From the NCBI RefSeq assembly GCF_000341895.1, contig NC_020409.1:1920001-1952000 (forward strand): a stretch of DNA of 32,000 bases, given 5' to 3'. Below the pieces are notes generated by a model, which worked only from the letters and a program-made list of their open reading frames with translations, was not told the origin of the DNA and did no database searches. This document shows positions 6,609-14,790 of the stretch, one piece after another. Each line of letters starts with the position of its first letter. The first letter of the stretch is position 1. The stretch is from Pseudodesulfovibrio piezophilus C1TLV30. Its GTDB lineage: Bacteria; Desulfobacterota; Desulfovibrionia; Desulfovibrionales; Desulfovibrionaceae. The position numbers and the translations under genes were made by a program.

Positions 6609-7367
6609 ATGAGGCAACGCATTCTGATATTTTTTTTATGCTGGATACTTTCGACTGTTGCATTCACCTCGATTACGCCTGCTGCCGAGCCTTCCCAAGT
6701 GGACTTCTCCTTTGGCACAGCCTCGCCCCCGGATACTTTCACACACAAATACCAGAAGGTTTTATTGACAGAAGCATTCAAACGAAACGGGCTTCAACTC
6801 CATGTAATCTACATCCCGAATCTCAAAGAGATGACCAGCCAGGTTAACCAAATGATATTGGATGGGGATGTCCACAGGGTAGGCTCTCTGACCGGACGAG
6901 ACGGATATCCCGGATATGTCAGAATCAACTTCTCCACGCACACCTTGGAATGGGGCGCATACGCATGCTCTCCTCTCCCTGTGAAAGGGTGGAAAAGCCT
7001 GTCCACGCTTGGCATGACAGTTGGCTACAGAAAGGGTAACTTCATCAGCAAAAAGAACTTGACCGGGACTGTCCCCCCCCGGTTCCTTCACGAATTTCAA
7101 ACCCAACTTGATGGTTTCAAAGCTTTGGCAGCGGGAGAAATCGCGGTTTTCGTCATGGCAAATCAATATACGGCTCAGGAGTTTCTCTGCTCAAAACAGT
7201 TCAGCGACTCTGGAATACGATTACTGTGCGTTTTATCCAAAAAGAATATGTACGCTTATTTCTCCAAAAAACATGCAGCCCTGGCTCCTCGGATAGCGAA
7301 GACTCTCAAGAACATGAAACAGCAGGGGTTTTTTGAAAAGACCCTGCTCAAAATAATGGGCCAATAA
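6609..7367 (+). CDS. Periplasmic substrate-binding protein (family 3 / amino-acid-ABC-type SBP fold), orphan
   Basis: It has an N-terminal signal peptide (MRQRILIFFLCWILSTVAFTSITPAAE), the RBS GGGAGG upstream, and a length and pattern typical of SBP_bac_3-like proteins. No permease or ATPase genes are adjacent. Confidence 0.65.
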   Translation: MRQRILIFFLCWILSTVAFTSITPAAEPSQVDFSFGTASPPDTFTHKYQKVLLTEAFKRNGLQLHVIYIPNLKEMTSQVNQMILDGDVHRVGSLTGRDGYPGYVRINFSTHTLEWGAYACSPLPVKGWKSLSTLGMTVGYRKGNFISKKNLTGTVPPRFLHEFQTQLDGFKALAAGEIAVFVMANQYTAQEFLCSKQFSDSGIRLLCVLSKKNMYAYFSKKHAALAPRIAKTLKNMKQQGFFEKTLLKIMGQ

Positions 7368-7455
7368 GGACTGACTTTCCCACTCATTCAAAAATGGAAC
7401 GTGACATTCACAGTCTCCCGCTTGCCATCTTTTCAGGAATGATTATCCTCCCGAA

Positions 7456-10224
7456 ATGACCAAATCCGCACCGAATCATTCCATCCATATAGAAGGCGCC
7501 CGCCATCACAATCTCAAGGACCTGACCCTCGACATCCCCCGCGACAAGCTCGTGGTGGTCTGTGGGCCATCCGGGTCGGGCAAATCAACTCTGGCCTTTG
7601 ACATCGTCTATGCCGAAGGCCAACGCCGCTACGTGGAGTCTCTCTCCGCCTATGCCCGCCAGTTCCTGCCCCAGATGGACAAACCGGATGTGGACAAGGT
7701 GGAGGGGCTTTCCCCCGCCATATCACTGGAGCAACAGACCGCGACGAGAAATCCCCGATCCACCGTGGGAACCGTCACCGAGGTCTATGATTTTCTGCGA
7801 GTCTTCTATGCCAGGCTCGGCAAATTCTATTGCCCGAAGTGCGGAAAGCCCATCGAGGCTCAGACCACCGACCAAATAGTGAAAACAATCCTCGCCATGG
7901 AAGAGGGCACCAAACTCATGCTGCTCGCCCCCTTGGTCGAGCACCAGAAGGGAACGCACAAGGATCTCTTTTCCAAGCTTAAAAAAGATGGGTTCGTCCG
8001 TGTCCGTGTCGGCGGCCAAATCTATCCCATCGATGAAGTGCCCGACCTGGAAAAGCACAAGAAACACACCATCGACTTGGTAATAGACCGTCTCGTCATC
8101 AAGGACGGCATCAAAAAACGCCTTGCCGATTCCGTGGAACTCGCCCTGGAACACGGCGAGGAACGCATGATCGTCACCGTGGTCGGTGGCAATGCTCCCG
8201 GCGACACCTTCATGTCCACGCTTTCAACATGCCCGGCCTGTAAAATATCCATGCCGCGCCTCACCCCACAGCTCTTTTCCTTCAACTCGCCTCAGGGAGC
8301 CTGCCCCACCTGCAACGGCATTGGCTCGGTGGAATATTTCGAACCGGACCTTATTTCACCCAACAAGGGACTCTCCCTCAACCAAGGCGGCGTCATCCCC
8401 TGGAAGTCCGCCTACCGTCAGGAACAATACGGCCCGCAACTCAAAAAGTTGGGCAAAAAACACGGATTTACGCTCGACACCCCCCTGTCCGACTACACCA
8501 AGGACGGCTGGGACGCCCTCTTCCACGGGTGTTCCGAAACCGGCTGGCCCGGCATCGTGCCCATCCTCGAATACGGACAACAACAATCTGGCGTCTGGGA
8601 CCACTGGACCGCTCGCTACAAGCAATCAACACCCTGTCCGGCCTGCCATGGCGCACGACTGCGCCCTGAGGTTCTGGCTGTCCGCGTGGCCGATAAAAAC
8701 ATGTTCGAATTCGCCTCCATGTCCATCCAACGGGCACTGGACTGGCTCAACGGACTGAATTTCACCGGCCAGGAAACCCTCATCTCCGAACCATTGCTCA
8801 AAGAACTGACCCACAAGCTTGGCTTCATGGTCAATGTCGGACTTGAGTACATCTCCCTTGGCCGCAACATGAGCACGCTCTCCGGTGGCGAAGCCCAGCG
8901 TATCCGCCTCGCTTCCCAACTCGGTTCCGGCCTGGTTGGTGTCACCTATGTCCTCGACGAACCGTCCATCGGTCTGCACCCCCGAGACAACCAACGGCTC
9001 ATCGATACACTCCGCTCACTCCAGACGCGTGGCAACACCGTCCTCGTGGTTGAACACGATGAACCAACCATTCTTGAAGCGGATCATGTCATCGAAATCG
9101 GCCCCAGCTCGGGCTGGCTTGGCGGTGAAATCGTTTTCCAGGGGCCAGTAGACAAACTGCTCAAGGCAGACACGCTGACCGGCAAATACCTGCGAGGTGA
9201 TATCGTCATTGAACCACCGGAAACGCGCCGCACGCCCACAGATTCGATTGTTATCAAGAATGTCGAGACCAACAACCTCAAGAATCTCGATGTGGATATT
9301 CCTCTTGGTGTCATGACCTGCGTGACCGGCGTGTCTGGCTCGGGTAAGTCGTCCCTTGTCATGGACTCGCTCTACAAGCATCTGCAATTGTTCAATGGGA
9401 ACAAGGCGGACAACCCCGGAAAGATCGGTGGAATCGAGGGCCTCGACAAAATCGAAAAGGTCATATCCATCGACCAAACGCCCATTGGCAGGACTCCTCG
9501 CTCCAACCCCGCCACCTACACCAAGATTTTCGATGAGATCAGGAAAATATTTACCGGCTCCAAAGAGGCCCGAACCCGAGGCTACAAACCTGGCCGATTC
9601 TCCTTCAACGTCAAGGGCGGGCGATGCGAGGCCTGCAAGGGGGACGGACAAATCAGGGTGGAAATGCATTTCCTGCCCGACGTCTACGTCACCTGTGAAA
9701 CCTGCAAAGGCAAGCGCTACAACGCCCAGACTCTCGAAGTGGAATACAAGGGCAAGAATATCGCTGATGTTCTCGACATGACAGTACGGCAGGCCCGCGA
9801 ATTCTTTGCCAACCATCCTCCGCTCATGCGGCGGCTTGACGTGCTCTCCGAAGTCGGCCTCGACTACATCAAGCTCGGACAGGCAGCCACCACGCTCTCC
9901 GGCGGCGAAGCCCAGCGTATCAAGATTTCACGCGAACTCGGCAAACGGAACCTGCCCGGCGCACTCTATATCCTTGATGAACCGACCACAGGCTTGCACA
10001 TGCATGAAGTCGGCAAGCTCATCCGGGTACTCCATGCCCTGGTGGACAAAGGAGCCACCGTCATCGTCATCGAACATAATACCGATGTCATAAACGGGTC
10101 CGACCACGTTATCGATCTCGGCCCTGGCGGCGGAGAACACGGCGGGCAGATAGTCGCCTCCGGCACCCCGGAAGAGATCATCGCCAACCCGAATTCCGTG
10201 ACCGGGGCATTTCTGAAAAAATAA
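7456..10224 (+). CDS. uvrA: Excinuclease ABC subunit A
   Basis: The 922-aa protein begins IEGARHHNLKDL. It has two ABC modules (GPSGSGKSTLAF and GVSGSGKSSLV Walker A; two LSGGEAQR signatures) and zinc-finger CxxC pairs. This is an unmistakable UvrA. Confidence 0.98.
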   Translation: MTKSAPNHSIHIEGARHHNLKDLTLDIPRDKLVVVCGPSGSGKSTLAFDIVYAEGQRRYVESLSAYARQFLPQMDKPDVDKVEGLSPAISLEQQTATRNPRSTVGTVTEVYDFLRVFYARLGKFYCPKCGKPIEAQTTDQIVKTILAMEEGTKLMLLAPLVEHQKGTHKDLFSKLKKDGFVRVRVGGQIYPIDEVPDLEKHKKHTIDLVIDRLVIKDGIKKRLADSVELALEHGEERMIVTVVGGNAPGDTFMSTLSTCPACKISMPRLTPQLFSFNSPQGACPTCNGIGSVEYFEPDLISPNKGLSLNQGGVIPWKSAYRQEQYGPQLKKLGKKHGFTLDTPLSDYTKDGWDALFHGCSETGWPGIVPILEYGQQQSGVWDHWTARYKQSTPCPACHGARLRPEVLAVRVADKNMFEFASMSIQRALDWLNGLNFTGQETLISEPLLKELTHKLGFMVNVGLEYISLGRNMSTLSGGEAQRIRLASQLGSGLVGVTYVLDEPSIGLHPRDNQRLIDTLRSLQTRGNTVLVVEHDEPTILEADHVIEIGPSSGWLGGEIVFQGPVDKLLKADTLTGKYLRGDIVIEPPETRRTPTDSIVIKNVETNNLKNLDVDIPLGVMTCVTGVSGSGKSSLVMDSLYKHLQLFNGNKADNPGKIGGIEGLDKIEKVISIDQTPIGRTPRSNPATYTKIFDEIRKIFTGSKEARTRGYKPGRFSFNVKGGRCEACKGDGQIRVEMHFLPDVYVTCETCKGKRYNAQTLEVEYKGKNIADVLDMTVRQAREFFANHPPLMRRLDVLSEVGLDYIKLGQAATTLSGGEAQRIKISRELGKRNLPGALYILDEPTTGLHMHEVGKLIRVLHALVDKGATVIVIEHNTDVINGSDHVIDLGPGGGEHGGQIVASGTPEEIIANPNSVTGAFLKK

Positions 10225-10347
10225 AGCGGCACTCTGGAGAGAACACAGGACCGTTTCCCGACCGTGGGGAGAGTCTCGACCTCCAGCATCCGATTGACGC
10301 GACAACACCGTCTCAATCGGTCCTTTACCTCAAAAAAGGAAAAAATC

Positions 10348-10638
10348 ATGTTCATCATTACGCTGACCTATATCAAGCCCCTTGAAACGATCGATGCCCT
10401 CATCCCTGAACATCGTGCATTCCTCACCCGCCACTACGCAAACGGCACTTTTCTTTTTTCCGGCCCGAAAATTCCGCGCAACGGTGGCATTATCATCGCA
10501 ACAGGAGAGTCACGAGAAGCGATGGAAGCGGTCATAAGCGAAGACCCGTTTCACCGCGAACAGGCTGCAAAGTATGAAATAGTGGAATTCACCCCCGCCA
10601 TGACCGCAGAAGCTCTGAACGACTTCTGCACAGCCTAA
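10348..10638 (+). CDS. YciI-family protein
   Basis: The sequence MFIITLTYIKPLETIDALIPEHRAFL...GPKIPRNGGIIIA...EDPF...EIVEF matches the YciI-like pattern. The RBS AAAGGAAAAAA lies upstream of the ATG at 10348; the track ORF begins upstream at 10264. Confidence 0.8.
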   Translation: MFIITLTYIKPLETIDALIPEHRAFLTRHYANGTFLFSGPKIPRNGGIIIATGESREAMEAVISEDPFHREQAAKYEIVEFTPAMTAEALNDFCTA

Positions 10639-10666
10639 GCCGGCAGTACCCCACACTCTCTTCTTT

Positions 10667-10724
10667 CGCTTACCAATGGAAAAGGCCGCTGACCATGATC
10701 AGCGGCCTTTTCCATTGGTAAGCG
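10667..10724. terminator. 26-bp perfect inverted repeat; probable bidirectional terminator between convergent genes
   Basis: The arms are CGCTTACCAATGGAAAAGGCCGCTGA (10667..10692) and TCAGCGGCCTTTTCCATTGGTAAGCG (10699..10724), separated by a 6-nt loop. The inner part, AAAAGGCCGCTGA...TCAGCGGCCTTTT, has A/T tracts on both sides. Confidence 0.6.
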
Positions 10725-10737
10725 AACCAAAGCGACG

Positions 10738-11139
10738 TTATCGCCAGTAAATCGTCGTCTCCATCTCGCCGAATTCACGGGCCTCGGCTACATCCACGCC
10801 GAAATAGACATCCACCCGCTTCTCAAAGCGCCGATTCATCTTGTCCAACACGGTATAGGGACCACCCACGCCTTCGATATAGACTTCGGCTTCGTGCCCA
10901 AGCCCCAGGGGGATTAGATCTCGAGACACGGCCACAGCATCCATTCCGGGCTTGAGCCGATCACCCCATGCAGCCACAAAAGGGTTTCCCTGGGTCTGTC
11001 CTTTGGTGGAGTTATAGGCTGTAACCGTCACATCAAGCGTCTTCCAAAAAATGGGGTTCGGCACATGCAGCCCGAGAACAACAAGAGTTGAACCGGCGAT
11101 CACCCAGAAAACAAGAAGAAACAAGAAAACCCGTTTCAT
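10738..11139 (-). CDS. 3D-domain protein (MltA-like, cell-wall-associated) with N-terminal signal/anchor
   Basis: It has the N-terminal hydrophobic segment MKRVFLFLLVFWVIAGSTLVVLG. This is followed by VTVTAYNSTKGQTQGNPFVAAWGDRLKPGMDAVAVSRDLIPLG...VYIEGVGGPYTVLDKMNRRFEKRVDVYF, the conserved layout of 3D domains. Confidence 0.75.
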   Translation of the reverse strand: MKRVFLFLLVFWVIAGSTLVVLGLHVPNPIFWKTLDVTVTAYNSTKGQTQGNPFVAAWGDRLKPGMDAVAVSRDLIPLGLGHEAEVYIEGVGGPYTVLDKMNRRFEKRVDVYFGVDVAEAREFGEMETTIYWR

Positions 11140-11160
11140 GCATCCTGCCCTGTCATTGAA

Positions 11161-12495
11161 TCAAAAACCGAACCGGACATACTCCTTGTCCAGGCGGTTG
11201 ATCAGTTGAATATATCGGTAGTTCCCCTTCAGTTGCCCTTCTTCCACCAACTGATAGCCTTTGCTTCTGCACTCAGGGCAGGCGTCAATGGGTATTTCCA
11301 CGCCGAGACAAAGCGGACCGGAATCCGCACGCGTTTCGATTTTGAGCAGCCCTCGGCACTTCGGGCAAACGGTCAGGTTTTCCTGCTGAACCTCATTGAT
11401 GCCATCCGTATCGTAAAAGATCTGCCGATGTCGTACAAAAGTGTCCCCGGAGAGAATTCCCTGTGAAGTATCCTTGCCGCTTTTGAACGCTGGTGGGTCA
11501 AAGTACAACCGTGGGAGTTGGGAGCACAGCTCCTCAATGTATTCCGTCGTCCGGGAGGATTGACGTACCTGTTCAGGATTGTAATTCGGCTCCCGGATAT
11601 GGGAAAAGTCCACCCCGGCCATGGCGAGGCAAATGCCCAGATTAATATATGGCAAGGCTCCCTGAATGGAGTAGCCACCCTCCAAGACAGCGATATCCGG
11701 CCTGAGCATCTCATTGAGCGCGGCATAGCCACGGGCAGAAAAGTTCATGTTGGTGATAGGGTCGGAAAAGTGGTTGTCCTGACCTGCCGAATTGATGATG
11801 ATGTCCGGTTTGAAATCATCGAGAATGGGCATGACCACCCTTTCCATGGCCATGAGAAATCCTTCATCCGAAGTATTGGGGGGCAGCGGGATGTTCAGAG
11901 TCCGCCCCATGGCACCGGGACCACCCAACTCCTGGGGAAAACCGGAGCCGGGATACAGTGTGCGCCCGTCCTGATGAATGGAGATGAACAACGTCTCGGG
12001 ATCATGCCAGTAGACATCCTGCGAACCATCACCGTGATGGCAGTCGGTGTCAATAATAGCCACACGCTTATGCCCGTATGTTTCCCGGATATGTTCGATC
12101 ATCACGGCTTCGATGTTGACAGTACAGAAGCCACGCGACCCGTGAACGACCTTCATGGCATGATGACCGGGAGGACGAACCATGGCAAAGGCCCGTTCGC
12201 GTTCCCCCGTCATGACGAGATCAGCGGCTTTCATGGCCCCCCCCGCCGAGATGCGATGGGAGCGCGTCGTGACACTGCCACCATCAGGAAACAGGAAATG
12301 CACCCTCTCCAGGTCTTCGATAGCGGCAACATCCGGTTTGTATTCTCCTATTCCCTCGATGTCGAAAAGCCCTTCTTCCCGCAATTGGTCCTGCGTGTAG
12401 AGAAGCCGCTCCTGCCGTTCGGGATGCGTGGGGGAAATGGCCCAATCAAAAGCCGGGAAAAAAATGATTCCAAGTGAGTTCTGTGCCTTGAGCAT
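11161..12495 (-). CDS. Histone deacetylase-family (arginase/deacetylase fold) amidohydrolase with C-terminal zinc-ribbon
   Basis: The motifs RPPGHHA, IIDTDCHHGDGSQDV and LEGGYS are the class-defining HDAC/AcuC/acetylpolyamine amidohydrolase motifs. The C-terminus has CPKC...CPEC. The RBS GGGAGA lies inside the end of the upstream gene, with a 3-nt gap. Confidence 0.9.
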   Translation of the reverse strand: MLKAQNSLGIIFFPAFDWAISPTHPERQERLLYTQDQLREEGLFDIEGIGEYKPDVAAIEDLERVHFLFPDGGSVTTRSHRISAGGAMKAADLVMTGERERAFAMVRPPGHHAMKVVHGSRGFCTVNIEAVMIEHIRETYGHKRVAIIDTDCHHGDGSQDVYWHDPETLFISIHQDGRTLYPGSGFPQELGGPGAMGRTLNIPLPPNTSDEGFLMAMERVVMPILDDFKPDIIINSAGQDNHFSDPITNMNFSARGYAALNEMLRPDIAVLEGGYSIQGALPYINLGICLAMAGVDFSHIREPNYNPEQVRQSSRTTEYIEELCSQLPRLYFDPPAFKSGKDTSQGILSGDTFVRHRQIFYDTDGINEVQQENLTVCPKCRGLLKIETRADSGPLCLGVEIPIDACPECRSKGYQLVEEGQLKGNYRYIQLINRLDKEYVRFGF

Positions 12496-12498
12496 GAT

Positions 12499-14199
12499 CT
12501 ATCTCCCAACCAGGGTTGCGACAACACCAGGCCGAACCTGACATTTGACCCGAATGTTCCTGCCGACCTGATTCATTCCTTCAATCATGTTGAAGCTGGA
12601 GGAATGGGTTACCTGGGCATCTTCCCGCTCCAGGGAAACCCCCATGGAATCGAGCTGCCTGGTCAAATGATTTACGGCGTCCTTCTTCGCATCCCCCAGG
12701 TCATAGGACGAGTGAATATTCTCACGGTGGGACAAGGAAGGAATGAACAGGACATGTCGTTGAGTATCTGCGAACAACTCCAATTCCCATGTTGTGCGAG
12801 TCAGGGCTGCACCGATGGCGTTGGCCACATCGTAGTTTTCCGGTACTTCCGTGGCAAGCTGGAAGCACTCGTGAAGCGATTCCCGGAGCGCTTGAGCCGG
12901 TCCACCCATGAGATAGACTTTTTTCGGGACCACACGCTTGTCTTCCACCAGTTCATGAATGGTGTAGACCGGCTTGGAATTGATCTCATCAGTCAGTTCC
13001 CGAGTTGCCGAGTGAATGGCTTGAGCCGCGTAATCCACGGCAGCACCGGCCACATCCTGACCGGACATGGAATACCGGGCCGCAAAAGTATCGAGAGCCT
13101 TTGCCGACGCCTCGATATCCCCAACCTGTCCAACTCCTGTCACGTTAAGCGCATCGGTCAGAGTCACCCTCGCCCCACCGAAACACACGGATGGGCCAAA
13201 CCTGTTAGGGCCGACACGGACGTCTTTCCCGACCACGGAGATGGCGGAATCCCCACCAATTCCGATAGATCGGACCTTCAGAGCAGAGACAAGCGTTGGG
13301 TGGGAGCCAATGGCAATGCCCTCCCGTTCGATAAGGGGCGCGCCATCGGCAAACACGGCGATATCAGTGGTGGTTCCTCCGATATCGAGAATGACTGAAT
13401 CCAGAAAGATATCTGTCAAAGCGACAATCCCCATGACCGAGGCGGCCGGACCGGAAAAGATGGACTGCACCGGCATGGTACGCGATTGCGGCAAAGGCAT
13501 GGTACCGCCATCCGCCTTGAGCATGTTGACCTTGACGTGAGCCAACCCCATATCATGGAGAGCCTTTTCCACCGCCGTGGCAAAGTCATTATAGAGACGC
13601 CAAACCGAACAATTGAAATAGGCGGTAGCCACCCGTCGCGGAAAATTGAGCGCACCGCCCAATTGATGTCCCAAAGTGACGAAATCCGCGTGATCGCATT
13701 GATCGGTTTCACGACACTGACAAATGGAACGACGAATAACGTTTTCATGGCGCGGATTGCGCGTGGAAAATTTACTGACTGCGGCGAAGACACGCACCCC
13801 ATTGGCGCGGCAGGCATCCACAGCATCACTGAGTTGACGGGAGGAAAGGGACTTTATTTCATTCCCCCGATGATCAATGGACCCTTCAACAACATGAAAA
13901 TCCCGGCACAGCATGGAGTTATGCGGATCAATGCCGGGACCGGACGAAACAATGACTCCCACATCTTCGGTCTGCCCCTGGACAATGGCATTGGTCGACA
14001 AGGTCGTGGACAAATTAAGCTGTGTCACCGCATCCTTGTCCACTTTACCCAAAATGGTTTCCAAAGCCTCAGTCACGGACCGCAACAGATCATCATGTCG
14101 AGTCGGCACCTTGCAGGAAGCCATCACGCCTACACCCGTATCCACAGTGATGGCGACAGCATCGGTATGCGTCCCGCCAACATCAATTCCAAGTAACAT
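12499..14199 (-). CDS. Hydantoinase/oxoprolinase-family (HyuA-like, ASKHA-fold ATPase) protein
   Basis: The N-terminal MLLGIDVGGTHTDAVAI and the later LDIGGTTTDIAVF phosphate-binding motifs are typical of Hydantoinase_A. I chose the start at 14199 because GAAGGAGAG lies directly upstream; the track ORF begins at 14226. Confidence 0.88.
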   Translation of the reverse strand: MLLGIDVGGTHTDAVAITVDTGVGVMASCKVPTRHDDLLRSVTEALETILGKVDKDAVTQLNLSTTLSTNAIVQGQTEDVGVIVSSGPGIDPHNSMLCRDFHVVEGSIDHRGNEIKSLSSRQLSDAVDACRANGVRVFAAVSKFSTRNPRHENVIRRSICQCRETDQCDHADFVTLGHQLGGALNFPRRVATAYFNCSVWRLYNDFATAVEKALHDMGLAHVKVNMLKADGGTMPLPQSRTMPVQSIFSGPAASVMGIVALTDIFLDSVILDIGGTTTDIAVFADGAPLIEREGIAIGSHPTLVSALKVRSIGIGGDSAISVVGKDVRVGPNRFGPSVCFGGARVTLTDALNVTGVGQVGDIEASAKALDTFAARYSMSGQDVAGAAVDYAAQAIHSATRELTDEINSKPVYTIHELVEDKRVVPKKVYLMGGPAQALRESLHECFQLATEVPENYDVANAIGAALTRTTWELELFADTQRHVLFIPSLSHRENIHSSYDLGDAKKDAVNHLTRQLDSMGVSLEREDAQVTHSSSFNMIEGMNQVGRNIRVKCQVRPGVVATLVGR

Positions 14200-14437
14200 T
14201 CTCTCTCTCCTTCTCAGGCGGGACAAGACAACAGCATTCTCGGTCCCTTCTCAAGCCTGCCGCTTTTTCCAAGCGTCATCGAGATTTAGCACTGGCCACG
14301 CCATGGGTGCAACCCGGAAAACGGCGAATGGTCGTATTGAAGGGGGGAACGGTTCAGCAGCACGGCCGGTCGAGGCGGCTCTGACCGCCCGTGTTCCCTC
14401 TGAATACGGGGACATGGATCGGGCGCACTGCGAATCC

Positions 14438-14680
14438 CTAACTCTCGGGATCCTCAAATTTTCCTGCAATGACAGCGGCATCCCCTGATTTTGCTTCCAA
14501 TTGCAGCTCCTTGGACGCACCATGACAATGAAAACCGTCCGGACGCAGGGAAACATACCCGGCGGAAAGGGCTTTGGGATACGGCATCTGTTCACGCATT
14601 TCAGCATGATCGATCCGATTGGGAAAAATGACGGGCACAGGCACACCGGAAAAATCTTCAAACATGATATATTTCATCAT
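14438..14680 (-). CDS. Hypothetical 80-aa protein
   Basis: A strong RBS, AGGAGG, lies 4 nt upstream of ATGATG. The composition is protein-like (MMKYIMFEDFSGVPVPVIFPNRIDHAEMREQMPYPKALSAGYVSLRPDGFHCHG...). I recognise no family. Confidence 0.6.
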   Translation of the reverse strand: MMKYIMFEDFSGVPVPVIFPNRIDHAEMREQMPYPKALSAGYVSLRPDGFHCHGASKELQLEAKSGDAAVIAGKFEDPES

Positions 14681-14790
14681 CAGCCTCCTGACTGCTTGAA
14701 TTCATTCGACTCTGCTCCAGCAGAATACGGGCATCGGCACAGGAGATCAACCGTTGCCTCAACCGCAGGGACAGGATACACCTTCTCTCG

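Noticed and set aside
7368-7455. SOS (LexA) box upstream of uvrA
   Set aside because: I looked for GAAC-N4-GTTC, CTGT-N8-ACAG or similar palindromes. Only a partial GAACGTGACATTC is present, which matches none of the known LexA motifs convincingly.
9016-9816. 266-aa minus-strand ORF (and other ORFs inside 7456..10224)
   Set aside because: They all lie inside uvrA on other frames or the other strand, and uvrA is continuous and complete.
11518-12477. 319-aa plus-strand ORF
   Set aside because: It is antisense to the HDAC-family gene, whose catalytic motifs are intact on the minus strand.
12604-14196. Plus-strand ORFs 12604..13398 and 13486..14196
   Set aside because: They are antisense to the hydantoinase-like gene. 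There is no RBS and the composition is not protein-like.
14286-14310. Sigma-54-like TGGCCACGCCATGGGTGCA in the spacer upstream of the hydantoinase-like gene
   Set aside because: It is on the wrong strand for the operon, and the GG-to-GC spacing is 3 nt too long.
14251-14661. 136-aa minus-strand ORF overlapping the 80-aa gene and spacer
   Set aside because: The sequence is Cys/Pro/Arg-rich and implausible, and there is no RBS. The alternative 80-aa frame has a strong AGGAGG RBS.
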